From positions 9,209 to 73,208 of the forward strand of contig DATIIB010000006.1 in NCBI GenBank assembly GCA_035480055.1: 64,000 nucleotides of DNA. The letters run 5' to 3'. Position numbers and translations under genes: made by a program. The notes beneath the pieces are model-generated. The model saw only the letters and a program-made list of their open reading frames with translations, made no database searches and was not told the DNA's origin. Below, one piece after another: positions 1-8,832 of the stretch (position 1 is the first letter of the stretch; every line of letters starts with the position of its first letter). Source of the stretch: Candidatus Saccharimonadales bacterium. Its GTDB lineage: Bacteria; Patescibacteriota; Saccharimonadia; Saccharimonadales; DASZAF01.

Positions 1-1
1 T

Positions 2-220
2 TCGTTAGTTGGAATTAGCCCGAGAACGCTTAGCCAACGCCTTGAGCATTTGGTGCGCGAGGAGATTGTGGAGAAGATATTATATTGTCCACATCCGCCG
101 CGGTATCAGTATGGCCTGACGCCAAAGGGACATGAACTTCAGGATGTCATAGAGAAGATGGCTGAGTGGGGCCAGAAATATCAAGTTGTGGGAGTGGAGA
201 AAAGCGTTCGAAGCTCTTAG
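2..220 (+). CDS. HxlR-type winged-helix transcriptional regulator, C-terminal fragment (start lies upstream of window)
   Basis: Frame 2 reads ...GISPRTLSQRLEHLVREEIVEKILYCPHPPRYQYGLTPKGHELQDVIEKMAEWGQKY... to TAG at 218-220; helix+wing pattern of HxlR family; not in ORF track because no start codon in window. Confidence 0.6.
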   Translation, partial: SLVGISPRTLSQRLEHLVREEIVEKILYCPHPPRYQYGLTPKGHELQDVIEKMAEWGQKYQVVGVEKSVRSS

Positions 221-486
221 GTAGCCTTCTTTTCAAGCTTGATGATGCGTTTCTCGTGGCGCTCGACCTGCAGATTGAGCGCTGCACGTTCGTGTTCGTC
301 CACTTCACGCTGACGGATATCGCCATCAACTATCTTGTATACAAGCTGTACGTCTTGGCGAACCTTTTGAATGTCGCTGCGAGTGTTCTCAAATTCCGCC
401 TGCATATATCTAAACAACTTTATAAACTGGTCATCGCTCATATAACTAGTATATTCCTCTTCGATTTGACGTTGCCAGTCTTTCAC
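217..486 (-). CDS. hypothetical small coiled-coil protein (89 aa)
   Basis: ORF with charged heptad-like sequence (QAEFENTRSDIQKVRQDVQ..LQVERHEKRIIKLEKK); no family recognised. Confidence 0.45.
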   Translation of the reverse strand: MKDWQRQIEEEYTSYMSDDQFIKLFRYMQAEFENTRSDIQKVRQDVQLVYKIVDGDIRQREVDEHERAALNLQVERHEKRIIKLEKKAT

Positions 487-549
487 GAGACAATCAGCTT
501 GTCAAATACTAAAAGAAAACAGCCCATACCAAGATGAGCTGTTTTCTTT

Positions 550-627
550 TGGGGCGAGCGATGGGGGTCGAACCCACGGCCTACGGGACCACAACCCGTC
601 GCTCTAACCAACTGAGCTACGCCCGCC
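550..627 (-). tRNA. tRNA-His (anticodon GTG), encoded CCA and extra 5' G(-1)
   Basis: Reverse complement GGCGGGCGTAGCTCAGTTGGTTAGAGCGACGGGTTGTGGTCCCGTAGGCCGTGGGTTCGACCCCCATCGCTCGCCCCA folds as cloverleaf; anticodon loop TTGTGGT; G-1:C73 pair typical of tRNA-His. Confidence 0.9.
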
Positions 628-678
628 ATGTTTAACAGAGATACTGTAGCACATTTTGGTGCGGGGTGCTATCCCTAG

Positions 679-2202
679 TTAGACGTCGCGCAGAACTTCG
701 ATGCTGGCGCCGAGCTTGTTGAGGCGGTTCGCCAAGTCTTCATACCCGCGATTGATCGAATAAACATTGCGAAGGACCGAGGTACCTTCGGCAGCAAGCA
801 TGCCAATTAAAACCAGTACTGCTGGTCGTAGGGCTGGTGGGCAGATCACTTCGGCTGGACGCCAATGGGTAGGGCCGGTGACGTAGGCGCGGTGGACGTC
901 AGCCAAATGCACGTTGGCATTCAACTTGTTGAGTTCGGTGTAATGGATGGCGCGACCGTCGTAAACCCAATCATGGATGAGCGTGCGGCCGTGAGCGGTC
1001 GCGGCAACTGGCACAAAATAAGGGAGGTTGTCGATGTTAATGCCAGGATGTGGCAAGGGCTGAATGTTTTCTTCGGGCGCAATCAGCTTGGCCGCTTCAT
1101 GGCAAGCGATGTCGACCAACAGGGTGCGGCCGTTCTTGGCTTTGTATTCAGAACTCAATGTGTAACGGAACCCCATTTTTTCTAAGGTGAGTAACTCGCG
1201 TTCCAAAAAGTCGATTGGGGCCCGCTTGACGGTAATCGGCGAATTGGTAGTGGCGGCAATACTCAGGAAAGTCATGGCCTCGATGGGGTCTTCGGCTGGC
1301 CAATATTCCACATCCACGTTGATATCTTTGACGCCGGTTACTTCGAGAGTTGAAGTGCCGATGCCTTTAATTTTGACGCCTAGTTTTTCCAGGAAGAAGC
1401 AGACGTCTTGCACCATGTAGTTGCTGCTCATGGCTTTAAGAATGGTGGTGCTGGGAGTGCGCGCTGCGGCCATTAGGACGTTTTCGCAGGCTGTGTCGCC
1501 AGTTTCGTACATCACCACTTTTCCTGGACTGCGCGGATGGCTCTGGCAGTTGTACCATCCAGTGGTGGTGTCCACGCTAAGGCCAAATTTTTCCAGCGCG
1601 TACAAGTGCGGACGAATAGTGCGGTCGCCCAAGTTACAGCCGCCCGCAAAGGGAATACGAAACTCGCGCTTCAAATGCATGACCGGCCCGAGGAACATCA
1701 GGATAGTGCGCGTTTTGCGGCCCGCTTCAACGTCCATCTCGTCGAGTTTGAGACGAGCAGGAGGTTTGATCTCCAGATCGTTCTTGCCATTGAGCCAGCG
1801 AACCTTGACGCCAATGCTCAGCATGACTTCGATAATCCGATTCACTTCCTCGATGCGTGGCATGCGGCGCAACGTGGTCGTGCCTTTGTTGAGTAGCGCT
1901 GCGCAGAGCAAACCTACGGCCGCGTTTTTCGAGGTTTTGACCGTGATTTCGCCGCTGAGTTTGCGGCCACCTTCGATCCGAAAGTTCATGTTGCCAGGCT
2001 TGTGCAAGCTGACGATTTCTTGATTCAGGACATCGCTAATACGGGCTAACATTTCCATACTGAGGTTTTGTCCTCCGTTCTCGATGCGGTTAATCGCGCT
2101 CTGACTGGTGCCAAGTTGGTCGGCCAACTCTTTTTGCGTTAATCCCCGCTCGTGGCGAATATTGGCTATTAATGTTCCGATTTTTTGGCGATATTCATTC
2201 AT
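679..2202 (-). CDS. murA: UDP-N-acetylglucosamine 1-carboxyvinyltransferase (MurA) with N-terminal XRE-type HTH domain fusion
   Basis: aa 1-65 XRE HTH (LTQKELADQLGTSQSAINRIENG); remainder full MurA/EPSP-synthase fold incl. catalytic loop FAGGCNLGDRTIRPH (MurA Cys) and KTSKNAA start motif. Confidence 0.85.
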   Translation of the reverse strand: MNEYRQKIGTLIANIRHERGLTQKELADQLGTSQSAINRIENGGQNLSMEMLARISDVLNQEIVSLHKPGNMNFRIEGGRKLSGEITVKTSKNAAVGLLCAALLNKGTTTLRRMPRIEEVNRIIEVMLSIGVKVRWLNGKNDLEIKPPARLKLDEMDVEAGRKTRTILMFLGPVMHLKREFRIPFAGGCNLGDRTIRPHLYALEKFGLSVDTTTGWYNCQSHPRSPGKVVMYETGDTACENVLMAAARTPSTTILKAMSSNYMVQDVCFFLEKLGVKIKGIGTSTLEVTGVKDINVDVEYWPAEDPIEAMTFLSIAATTNSPITVKRAPIDFLERELLTLEKMGFRYTLSSEYKAKNGRTLLVDIACHEAAKLIAPEENIQPLPHPGINIDNLPYFVPVAATAHGRTLIHDWVYDGRAIHYTELNKLNANVHLADVHRAYVTGPTHWRPAEVICPPALRPAVLVLIGMLAAEGTSVLRNVYSINRGYEDLANRLNKLGASIEVLRDV

Positions 2203-2319
2203 AATAGGTAGACTATATCATATATGAGTTAGTTGCACCTTTATTGTACTCCCTCCTGCAACCAGGTACAATAAAGACCATGTTGTAATGAGTCGTTCGC
2301 TAACCAGATTTTGACCTAA

Positions 2320-3621
2320 ATGGAGACCGCCATGAACGATACTCAAATTGCCAAACTTATTGCTGCCGAAGAGGCTCGCCAACGAGCCGGATTGGAACTC
2401 ATTCCTTCAGAAAATTATGTCAGCCGAGATGTGCTTACCGCGTTGGGAAGCGTGTTTACCAACAAATATTCCGAAGGCTACCCTGGTCGCCGCTACTATG
2501 GTGGCCAAGAGAATACCGACCCACTTGAACAGCTGGCGATCGACCGCGCCAAAGCTTTGTTTGGTGCGGACCATGCGAATGTGCAATCGCACTCAGGTGC
2601 ACCTGCTAACGAAGCTGTGTATCACGCCTGGCTAGAACCCGGCGACACGGTGCTGGCAATGGATCTAAGCCATGGCGGACACCTGACGCATGGACATCCC
2701 GTCACGGTCTTGTCCAGGCAGTACAACTTTATCCGCTATGGCATGAAGAACATCGAGACTGGCGAAATTGATTATGACGCCCTGCGAGAGCTAGCCAAGA
2801 AGCACAAACCCAAAATTATTCTGGCCGGCTTTAGCGCCTATCCTCGCGAGTTGGATTATGCCAAGTTTGCCGAAATTGGCCGAGAGGTCGGCGCGTTGCT
2901 TATGGCTGATATGGCGCACATCGCTGGGTTGATTGCGGGCAAAGCGCTCAAGAATCCCTTTGATTATGGCTTTCATGTCATTACGAGCACCACTCATAAG
3001 ACCTTACGTGGGCCACGCGGCGGGCTAATCCTGAGCAAAGGTGTGGCAGGCAATCCCTTGAAGGCCCCAGAAAAAACGCTTGAGAATATTCCAACCATCA
3101 TTGACCGGATGGTCTTCCCTGGGCTTCAAGGCGGACCACATATGCATGTCGTGGCTGCCAAGGCGGTAGCTTTTCGCGAAGCAGCGACGCCAGAATTTGC
3201 CACGTATTGCCAGCAAGTTTTAAAAAACGCGAGCCGTTTGGCTGATGAATTGATGCAGCGAGGCTTTAGATTGATCACCAATGGCACCGATAACCATTTG
3301 ATTCTGGCCGACGTCCACACCAGCTTTGGCATTGATGGCGGGGAAGCCGAAGCTGCGTTGGACGCAATTGGCTTGAACCTTAATAAGAACGCAATTGCTG
3401 ATGATCCCCTACCGCCGTTCCGTCCAAGCGGTATTCGCCTGGGCACCCCGGCCATTACGACTCGCGGGCTCAAAGAATCTGATATGACTCACATTGCTGA
3501 CTGGATGCTCGCTGCGATCACCCACAGAGGCGACGAACAAAAGCTCACCAACCTTAAAAAGGAAGTAACCGAATTCGCCCTGCAGTTCCCTCTTCCTAGT
3601 GATCCAAAGAAGGCCTCATGA
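2320..3621 (+). CDS. glyA: serine hydroxymethyltransferase
   Basis: LIPSENYVS, YSEGYPGRRYYGG, PLP-lysine region TSTTHKTLRGPRGG; full length 433 aa. Confidence 0.95.
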   Translation: METAMNDTQIAKLIAAEEARQRAGLELIPSENYVSRDVLTALGSVFTNKYSEGYPGRRYYGGQENTDPLEQLAIDRAKALFGADHANVQSHSGAPANEAVYHAWLEPGDTVLAMDLSHGGHLTHGHPVTVLSRQYNFIRYGMKNIETGEIDYDALRELAKKHKPKIILAGFSAYPRELDYAKFAEIGREVGALLMADMAHIAGLIAGKALKNPFDYGFHVITSTTHKTLRGPRGGLILSKGVAGNPLKAPEKTLENIPTIIDRMVFPGLQGGPHMHVVAAKAVAFREAATPEFATYCQQVLKNASRLADELMQRGFRLITNGTDNHLILADVHTSFGIDGGEAEAALDAIGLNLNKNAIADDPLPPFRPSGIRLGTPAITTRGLKESDMTHIADWMLAAITHRGDEQKLTNLKKEVTEFALQFPLPSDPKKAS

Positions 3622-4178
3622 AACACATTGAAGTCGAACAAAAATTCCACCTGCTCAACCACGATGAGCTTCATGCCAAGCTGCAAGAAAGTGGCGCCAA
3701 AAAGTTGCGCGAGCAACGTCAGCTAGATGTTTATTACAATGCACCCCACCGCGATTTCTTAGCGCAGGGCAATATCTCGGAGTGGCTGCGACTGCGTAAT
3801 GAAGACGGAGCAATGTCCATCACCTACAAATTATGGCAACCGCGCGACGCCAAAGTGAAGTCGCATTGTGACGAGTTCGAGAGTACGCTTGGTGATGGCG
3901 AAGCGGTTCGAAAGCTTCTTGAAGCACTCGACTTCACGGAATTGGTGACGGTGGATAAGTACCGTGAGGAATGGGAGCTCGATGAGGTGATCATCGCCTT
4001 GGATGCAGTCAAAGAGCTGGGTAACTTTGTCGAGTTTGAGTATCACGGCCAGGCTTCCACCGTGGATGAGGCGCATCATAAGATTGAAGCCTGTATTCAT
4101 AAGCTTGGAGCCAAACTTGGCGACACGCACACGGGGTATCCGCACCAGGTGATTGCCAAGCAAAAGAAACGCGTGTAG
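3618..4178 (+). CDS. CYTH-domain protein (class IV adenylyl cyclase / triphosphate tunnel metalloenzyme family)
   Basis: N-terminal ExExK signature (IEVEQKF), WLRLR and later acidic strands typical of CYTH; start overlaps glyA stop (ATGA). Confidence 0.7.
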   Translation: MKHIEVEQKFHLLNHDELHAKLQESGAKKLREQRQLDVYYNAPHRDFLAQGNISEWLRLRNEDGAMSITYKLWQPRDAKVKSHCDEFESTLGDGEAVRKLLEALDFTELVTVDKYREEWELDEVIIALDAVKELGNFVEFEYHGQASTVDEAHHKIEACIHKLGAKLGDTHTGYPHQVIAKQKKRV

Positions 4179-4248
4179 CTATACTTATGGTCTCGGCCGT
4201 AGAATTGCTTTATACTGATGACAGTATTCTTGTATCATTTTAAAATAA

Positions 4249-4257
4249 TGGTATAAT
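4249..4257 (+). promoter_or_regulatory. TG-extended -10 element (TGgTATAAT) upstream of 4305 gene
   Basis: Perfect TGnTATAAT in AT-rich intergenic region, about 47 nt before ATG. Confidence 0.5.
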
Positions 4258-4304
4258 ATATCGCATAATTAAGCAATATCTTAAGAGAGTTATCTTTACA
4301 TATT

Positions 4305-6833
4305 ATGGCTACCAATACTGTGCCGCAACCAAGTAATCCTGATGTAGGTCCCCAACCGCCTCAGGCCCCTGATAACCATGCAAATGCTGGCAAACTTTAC
4401 GAGTATTATTACGAGGGTGGAAAGGAAATGTCTGACAAACAATGTGAGACAGTAGCGGCCGACCTCGCTTTGTGGCTTGAGGATCTTAAAGATCCTTCAA
4501 CTAACCAACTTCCCGGTGAAGTGTCTAGCTCATTAGCGCTTCATGTCGAAAGTTTGGCGGCTATTGGTCAAAACACTAAAAATAAAAAAGTGCGTGTTGC
4601 CGCAGAGAAAGCGAAATATAGTGAGACCTTAGAGGCGTTGTTGCAAACCAATCCTCGCGTTGATCGCGAAAGCGTCCAACAGAATGTGGAAGGTGCCTTA
4701 GAGCGCCTTGCAATTCTTCCGTTAGGCAAAATCGAGGGTGTTGTTGCCGAGATCATTCAGAAAGAGGGCGATGGCACCTTTGATAAAGCAATGCTCGAGA
4801 AACCAGAGGCTGGAGTTGACGACGTATTGGTCGATAACTATAAAGATGTCAAAGAGCGATACATTAAACTTAAAGCTCAAGTAGATGCACCTGATATTCG
4901 TCGCAAGCTCAATATTCGCAACAGGCTTAAGGGGTCAGGAATCAAGCAGCGATTAGCCTTCTTCGAAGAGGAGCTACGCTTGGCGACTGCCGAAATGACC
5001 GCCGCCCTACTTAATGAGAGTAATCCTGATATCAAAGGTGATCGCAAAACGCGAGCTGCTTACTTCTTGAACAAAGAGAGCTTGTCGATTGCGGTGGCGG
5101 AACGTCAAGAACTTCGAAACAGAAGCCGTACAGTTCGCAGCGCTGAGAACAAGGCCGAAATGTCGAAGAAAAAGAAAGTTTATCGTGCGATCGGCCAAGC
5201 TGCGATTGCCGGTGGCCTTGTCTTTACAGCTGGTTTGACGGGTGGCGCAGTAGTACTTGCTGCTATTCCGGCAGTTCGAGCTGTGCGAGGCATGGATATG
5301 ATGTCAACTCGTTTGAGCCAGTATTATGGCAAGTTCGACCTGCCTAAGTTAATGACGGTAATTGACGATAATCCAAGTGCTGACAAACTGGCAGTCGAAT
5401 TTATCCAGCAAGGCCGAGAGCGAAGCGAAGAGGCCCGAAAAGCCTATCGAAAAGCTGCAATCATTAGCGTCGGTGTCACCGCAGTTGGTATTGGCCTCGG
5501 AGAATATGCTCGTTTGGCAGCTGATATGGGTTGGGGATTCAACCCGGTCAAAGATATAGGAAACCATCTTGGCTTAATGGGTAATCACGGTGGTGGTGGG
5601 CATGCGGACAGCCTTGTTCACAATGATCCAACTCGCCCCGTAGACTCCAATACGAACATCTTTGGTTATAAGAATCCCTCGGCCATGCCAAGCCCCACAG
5701 CGACGCATCCTCACGCCGGTGTTTCACCATCGCACGTCACAAAACCAATTCACCATGCCTCGTCGCACGCCCCGCATGGCAGCGAGACTCCATCTACTGC
5801 CGAAACCACGCCAAGCGTTGATCCAAGCAAGGGCGCACTCGATATCGATAAACTTTCTTCGAGCGTCAGCCACAGCGGCGAAACCATTAGCAACAACGAA
5901 GGTTTCTACCACACCATGGACAGCATTTACGGTAAGGTGCCACAGCTCCAAGGTATGAACCAGCACGATTACTATCAGATTCACCTGCGAGTCGGTGCCA
6001 AGCTTGAGCACATGAAGTTCCCGAATGGCGAACCAATGGCCTATCGCGTGCACGACGCACATGGCAATCTGTATTATGGCTTTGGCTCAACCGGCAAACT
6101 CAGTCCAGAAGCGGTTAAGATGTTCCTGGAAGAAGGCGCCAAGCAAAAAGGCTTTGAAGCGAGTGGCAGCAATTTACCTCACAGTGGCTTGATGGAAAAC
6201 GTCCAATTTAGCCACGCCGCAGAAGTGGTCGGTCATGGTGAAAACGTAGCTGGTCAGGTGAAAGACATTGCTCCGCAGCTGCATGAGCTCGGCATTAATG
6301 CCGGTGACAAAGATTACGCGCAGATTGTGAATAAGATCGGCGGTGTCTTTGAAAAACACGGCCTGGCACGCTACACTGGTAGTCCAAGCAGTCACCTAGA
6401 AATGATTCAAGGCAAGCACATCCCTGACAGCGTCCTTCGCGAAGCTGTCCAGACCGCTGCGCAGTCTCGTGGCATCGACCTTGCAAGTTTGCATGGCGTG
6501 ATCGAACAGACCAATGCGTTGGATCTTGACAACTTCTATAGCAAGGCTGTCGAAGCAATCCCAGCTCACGCCTCGGGTGAAAAACTGAGCCATGCGCTTG
6601 GCAACATTCCGCAGATTAAAGAACTGGGCATCAACACCAGCGACTCCGCTACCCTGAACAAGCTGGGCGAAGCGCTTCATGCCAGCCATCCTCAGTTACT
6701 GAAGAAGTCAGGCAATGATTGGGTGTTTACTAGCGCTGGAAAGCTCAACAAAGATTCTTTCGCTGACATCTTGAGCGCAGCCGCCAAAGCCAAGGGGACA
6801 ACCATCAAAAACCTCTTTACTTTAGCAGCCTAA
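4305..6833 (+). CDS. large hypothetical membrane protein (842 aa): coiled-coil N-region, two TM segments, His/Pro/Ser-rich linker, three C-terminal ~90-aa repeats
   Basis: Hydrophobic stretches aa 296-325 and 385-400; repeats share xIPQLxELGINxxDxxxxxxxNKxG ... KGxxI pattern; no family recognised. Confidence 0.6.
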   Translation: MATNTVPQPSNPDVGPQPPQAPDNHANAGKLYEYYYEGGKEMSDKQCETVAADLALWLEDLKDPSTNQLPGEVSSSLALHVESLAAIGQNTKNKKVRVAAEKAKYSETLEALLQTNPRVDRESVQQNVEGALERLAILPLGKIEGVVAEIIQKEGDGTFDKAMLEKPEAGVDDVLVDNYKDVKERYIKLKAQVDAPDIRRKLNIRNRLKGSGIKQRLAFFEEELRLATAEMTAALLNESNPDIKGDRKTRAAYFLNKESLSIAVAERQELRNRSRTVRSAENKAEMSKKKKVYRAIGQAAIAGGLVFTAGLTGGAVVLAAIPAVRAVRGMDMMSTRLSQYYGKFDLPKLMTVIDDNPSADKLAVEFIQQGRERSEEARKAYRKAAIISVGVTAVGIGLGEYARLAADMGWGFNPVKDIGNHLGLMGNHGGGGHADSLVHNDPTRPVDSNTNIFGYKNPSAMPSPTATHPHAGVSPSHVTKPIHHASSHAPHGSETPSTAETTPSVDPSKGALDIDKLSSSVSHSGETISNNEGFYHTMDSIYGKVPQLQGMNQHDYYQIHLRVGAKLEHMKFPNGEPMAYRVHDAHGNLYYGFGSTGKLSPEAVKMFLEEGAKQKGFEASGSNLPHSGLMENVQFSHAAEVVGHGENVAGQVKDIAPQLHELGINAGDKDYAQIVNKIGGVFEKHGLARYTGSPSSHLEMIQGKHIPDSVLREAVQTAAQSRGIDLASLHGVIEQTNALDLDNFYSKAVEAIPAHASGEKLSHALGNIPQIKELGINTSDSATLNKLGEALHASHPQLLKKSGNDWVFTSAGKLNKDSFADILSAAAKAKGTTIKNLFTLAA

Positions 6834-6881
6834 TTTTTGATTCGTTTACAATAGTGAGCATTAAATAGAGAGGGTACCACA

Positions 6882-7229
6882 ATGAATAATGACCAAAACC
6901 AGCCAATGCAGATCGATGATAACTTTTTAGCCACATTGGGCTTGGGTGATCTCTCTGACCAAGATAAGCGCGCTTTTGTATTGCACTTGCGAGAAGAGCT
7001 AGAGGTACGAGTCGGCGAAGCGCTGGCCGAGCAACTGACCGATGAGCAACTTGATGAGTTTGGCGGCATTGCCGAAAGTAACGACGCTGAAGCTGCCGCT
7101 TTGTGGCTGCGCGATAACTGTCCGGGCTACGAACAGGTAGTAGCTGGTGAACTCGAAAAGCTCAAGCAAGAAATTATTCAGAATCGCGACACCCTCACCG
7201 GTGCAGGTGCGACTTCTTCCCAGCAGTAG
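6882..7229 (+). CDS. hypothetical acidic helical protein (possibly DUF5663-like)
   Basis: FLATLGLGDLSDQDKRAFVLHLREELEVRVGEALAEQLTDEQLDEF pattern; SD-like GAGAGGG upstream; family assignment from memory only. Confidence 0.5.
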   Translation: MNNDQNQPMQIDDNFLATLGLGDLSDQDKRAFVLHLREELEVRVGEALAEQLTDEQLDEFGGIAESNDAEAAALWLRDNCPGYEQVVAGELEKLKQEIIQNRDTLTGAGATSSQQ

Positions 7230-7611
7230 TACTCTTTCGTCGCACAAACTTCAGCCCACTCCAGATATCATCGATCGCACAGACCTTCACATCGACCCAT
7301 CCCAAAGGGAGGATGGTGTCGCGTAAAGTCTGCTCGGTCATGTTGGTGAGCACGCCGCTGGCCTTTTTGGGCCAACTCACCCATAGGCCTTGAGCAAGTT
7401 GGCTTAGTTCAAGGTGTGAAAGCAGTTCGGTCAGCGCGGCCTCATTTGCCACAAATATATGCGCCCAGTCAGCGGGCAAGGCGGAAACCATGCGCACTTT
7501 GGCATAGTCGAGTTCGCCGATAAAAGATTTTGGCGCACCTTCAACATAGACACGTTGGCCCGGGCGGTACTCAAGTTTTTCGAGCAATGGCTTGCCGTGA
7601 CTTGGGGTCAT
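7195..7611 (-). CDS. DUF3052-like protein
   Basis: N-terminal GKPLLEKLEYRPGQRVYVEGAP motif resembles DUF3052 (tPLakKLGikpG..v.l.gaP); start overlaps murB stop. Confidence 0.5.
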   Translation of the reverse strand: MTPSHGKPLLEKLEYRPGQRVYVEGAPKSFIGELDYAKVRMVSALPADWAHIFVANEAALTELLSHLELSQLAQGLWVSWPKKASGVLTNMTEQTLRDTILPLGWVDVKVCAIDDIWSGLKFVRRKSTTAGKKSHLHR

Positions 7612-8624
7612 AGCAGTTCGGGTTCTTGCTCAAGCGTCACACCAAAAGTTGCATGAACTTTGGCAATGACCGCTTCGCGGAAAGCGGCCAAATCGTCGTA
7701 GCTTTTGGCAGATTTATTTACAAACACCAGCGCGTTATGCTCGTATAGTTCCATGCCGTGGCTTTTGTAGGTTGTCAACCCCGCGTGTTCGATGAGCCAG
7801 CCAGCAGACAGCTTAACGCGACCGTCTTTGGTTGGCCAATGCGGCATGTCGGGATGCGCAATCTGGAGTGGTTTGCATACTTCGGGCGCGACAATGGGAT
7901 TTTTGAAGAATGAGCCAGTGTTCGCGACCACCGCAGGATCAGGCAGGCGATGCGCGCGAATGGCAATGACGGCTTCGCGAATAAGGCGGGGAGTGTAATC
8001 GCTGAGGTTGTGCTCTTGTAGGTAGCGCTCAAGTGAGGCATAGAATGGAGGTTGGGGATTAGCTTTTTGGAGGCGCAAAGTAATGCTAACAATGATGTAC
8101 CGACGGTCTTTGACCGATTTAAAAATGCTTCCTCGGTACGTAAATCCACAGGCCGCTTTATCAAGGGTTACAAATGCGTGCGTTTGCAGGTCGTAGGCTT
8201 CTAACTCCACAAAGGTATCGGCGATCTCCTGCCCATATGCGCCCACATTCTGCACTGGCGTTGCACCAGCCGTTCCAGGGATCGCGCTGAGCGCTTCAAT
8301 TCCGGTAAGTTCCATCTCGGTGGTGCGGTCTACCACTTCGTCCCAATCTTCGCCCGCGCCAATGCGAATGGTAGAGTATACGGCATCGCTCTCGAGTACT
8401 TCAAAGCCAGGAATCCGGTTGAGAATCACCAGCCCCGCGAACCCATCGGTAAAAATCACGTTTGAGCCGCCACCCAGGACTAAGCTCGGCAGGTGATGGC
8501 TCGTCGCCCACCCAAGAGCCTCGACAAGCTCCTCTTTAGAGGTGACTTTGGTAAGTGCGGCTGCGTTCCCTCCAAGTCTCATGGTGGTGTACTGGGATAA
8601 AGGTGTATCGGTCTGTATCTGCAT
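7608..8624 (-). CDS. murB: UDP-N-acetylenolpyruvoylglucosamine reductase (MurB)
   Basis: LSQYTTMRLGGNA, LVLGGGSNVIF FAD-binding motifs, C-terminal MurB domain; start chosen at Met7 (8624) because a TATAAT lies 6 nt upstream on this strand. Confidence 0.9.
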   Translation of the reverse strand: MQIQTDTPLSQYTTMRLGGNAAALTKVTSKEELVEALGWATSHHLPSLVLGGGSNVIFTDGFAGLVILNRIPGFEVLESDAVYSTIRIGAGEDWDEVVDRTTEMELTGIEALSAIPGTAGATPVQNVGAYGQEIADTFVELEAYDLQTHAFVTLDKAACGFTYRGSIFKSVKDRRYIIVSITLRLQKANPQPPFYASLERYLQEHNLSDYTPRLIREAVIAIRAHRLPDPAVVANTGSFFKNPIVAPEVCKPLQIAHPDMPHWPTKDGRVKLSAGWLIEHAGLTTYKSHGMELYEHNALVFVNKSAKSYDDLAAFREAVIAKVHATFGVTLEQEPELL

Positions 8625-8626
8625 AA

Positions 8627-8636
8627 TGGTATTATA
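8627..8636. promoter_or_regulatory. overlapping face-to-face -10 elements: TGgTATTAT (+, tRNA-Arg) and TATAAT (-, murB)
   Basis: Same 10 bp reads TGGTATTATA on + and TATAATACCA on -; each lies at canonical distance from tRNA 5' end / murB ATG. Confidence 0.55.
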
Positions 8637-8646
8637 CTGCAAGTAC

Positions 8647-8722
8647 GCGCCTGTAGCTCAGGGGATAGAGCGCTGGTTTCCGGAACCAGAGGTCGTAGGT
8701 TCGAATCCTACCAGGCGTACCA
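8647..8722 (+). tRNA. tRNA-Arg (anticodon CCG), encoded CCA
   Basis: GCGCCTGTAGCTCAGGGGATAGAGCGCTGGTTTCCGGAACCAGAGGTCGTAGGTTCGAATCCTACCAGGCGTACCA; anticodon loop TTCCGGA. Confidence 0.9.
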
Positions 8723-8832
8723 ATCTGATTTTACCTCCAGTATCGGATATCAATCTGCAAATCGTTATCACGGCATCTGGCATTACACAGACTTACGGCA
8801 AAGAGCTCACCGTATTATGGAGCAAACGCCCA

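Noticed and set aside
865-2023. Several + strand ORFs (865-1185, 1187-1420, 1421-2023, 1537-1896)
   Set aside because: They lie entirely within and antisense to the well-supported murA fusion gene, and their sequences are Arg/Ser-rich junk.
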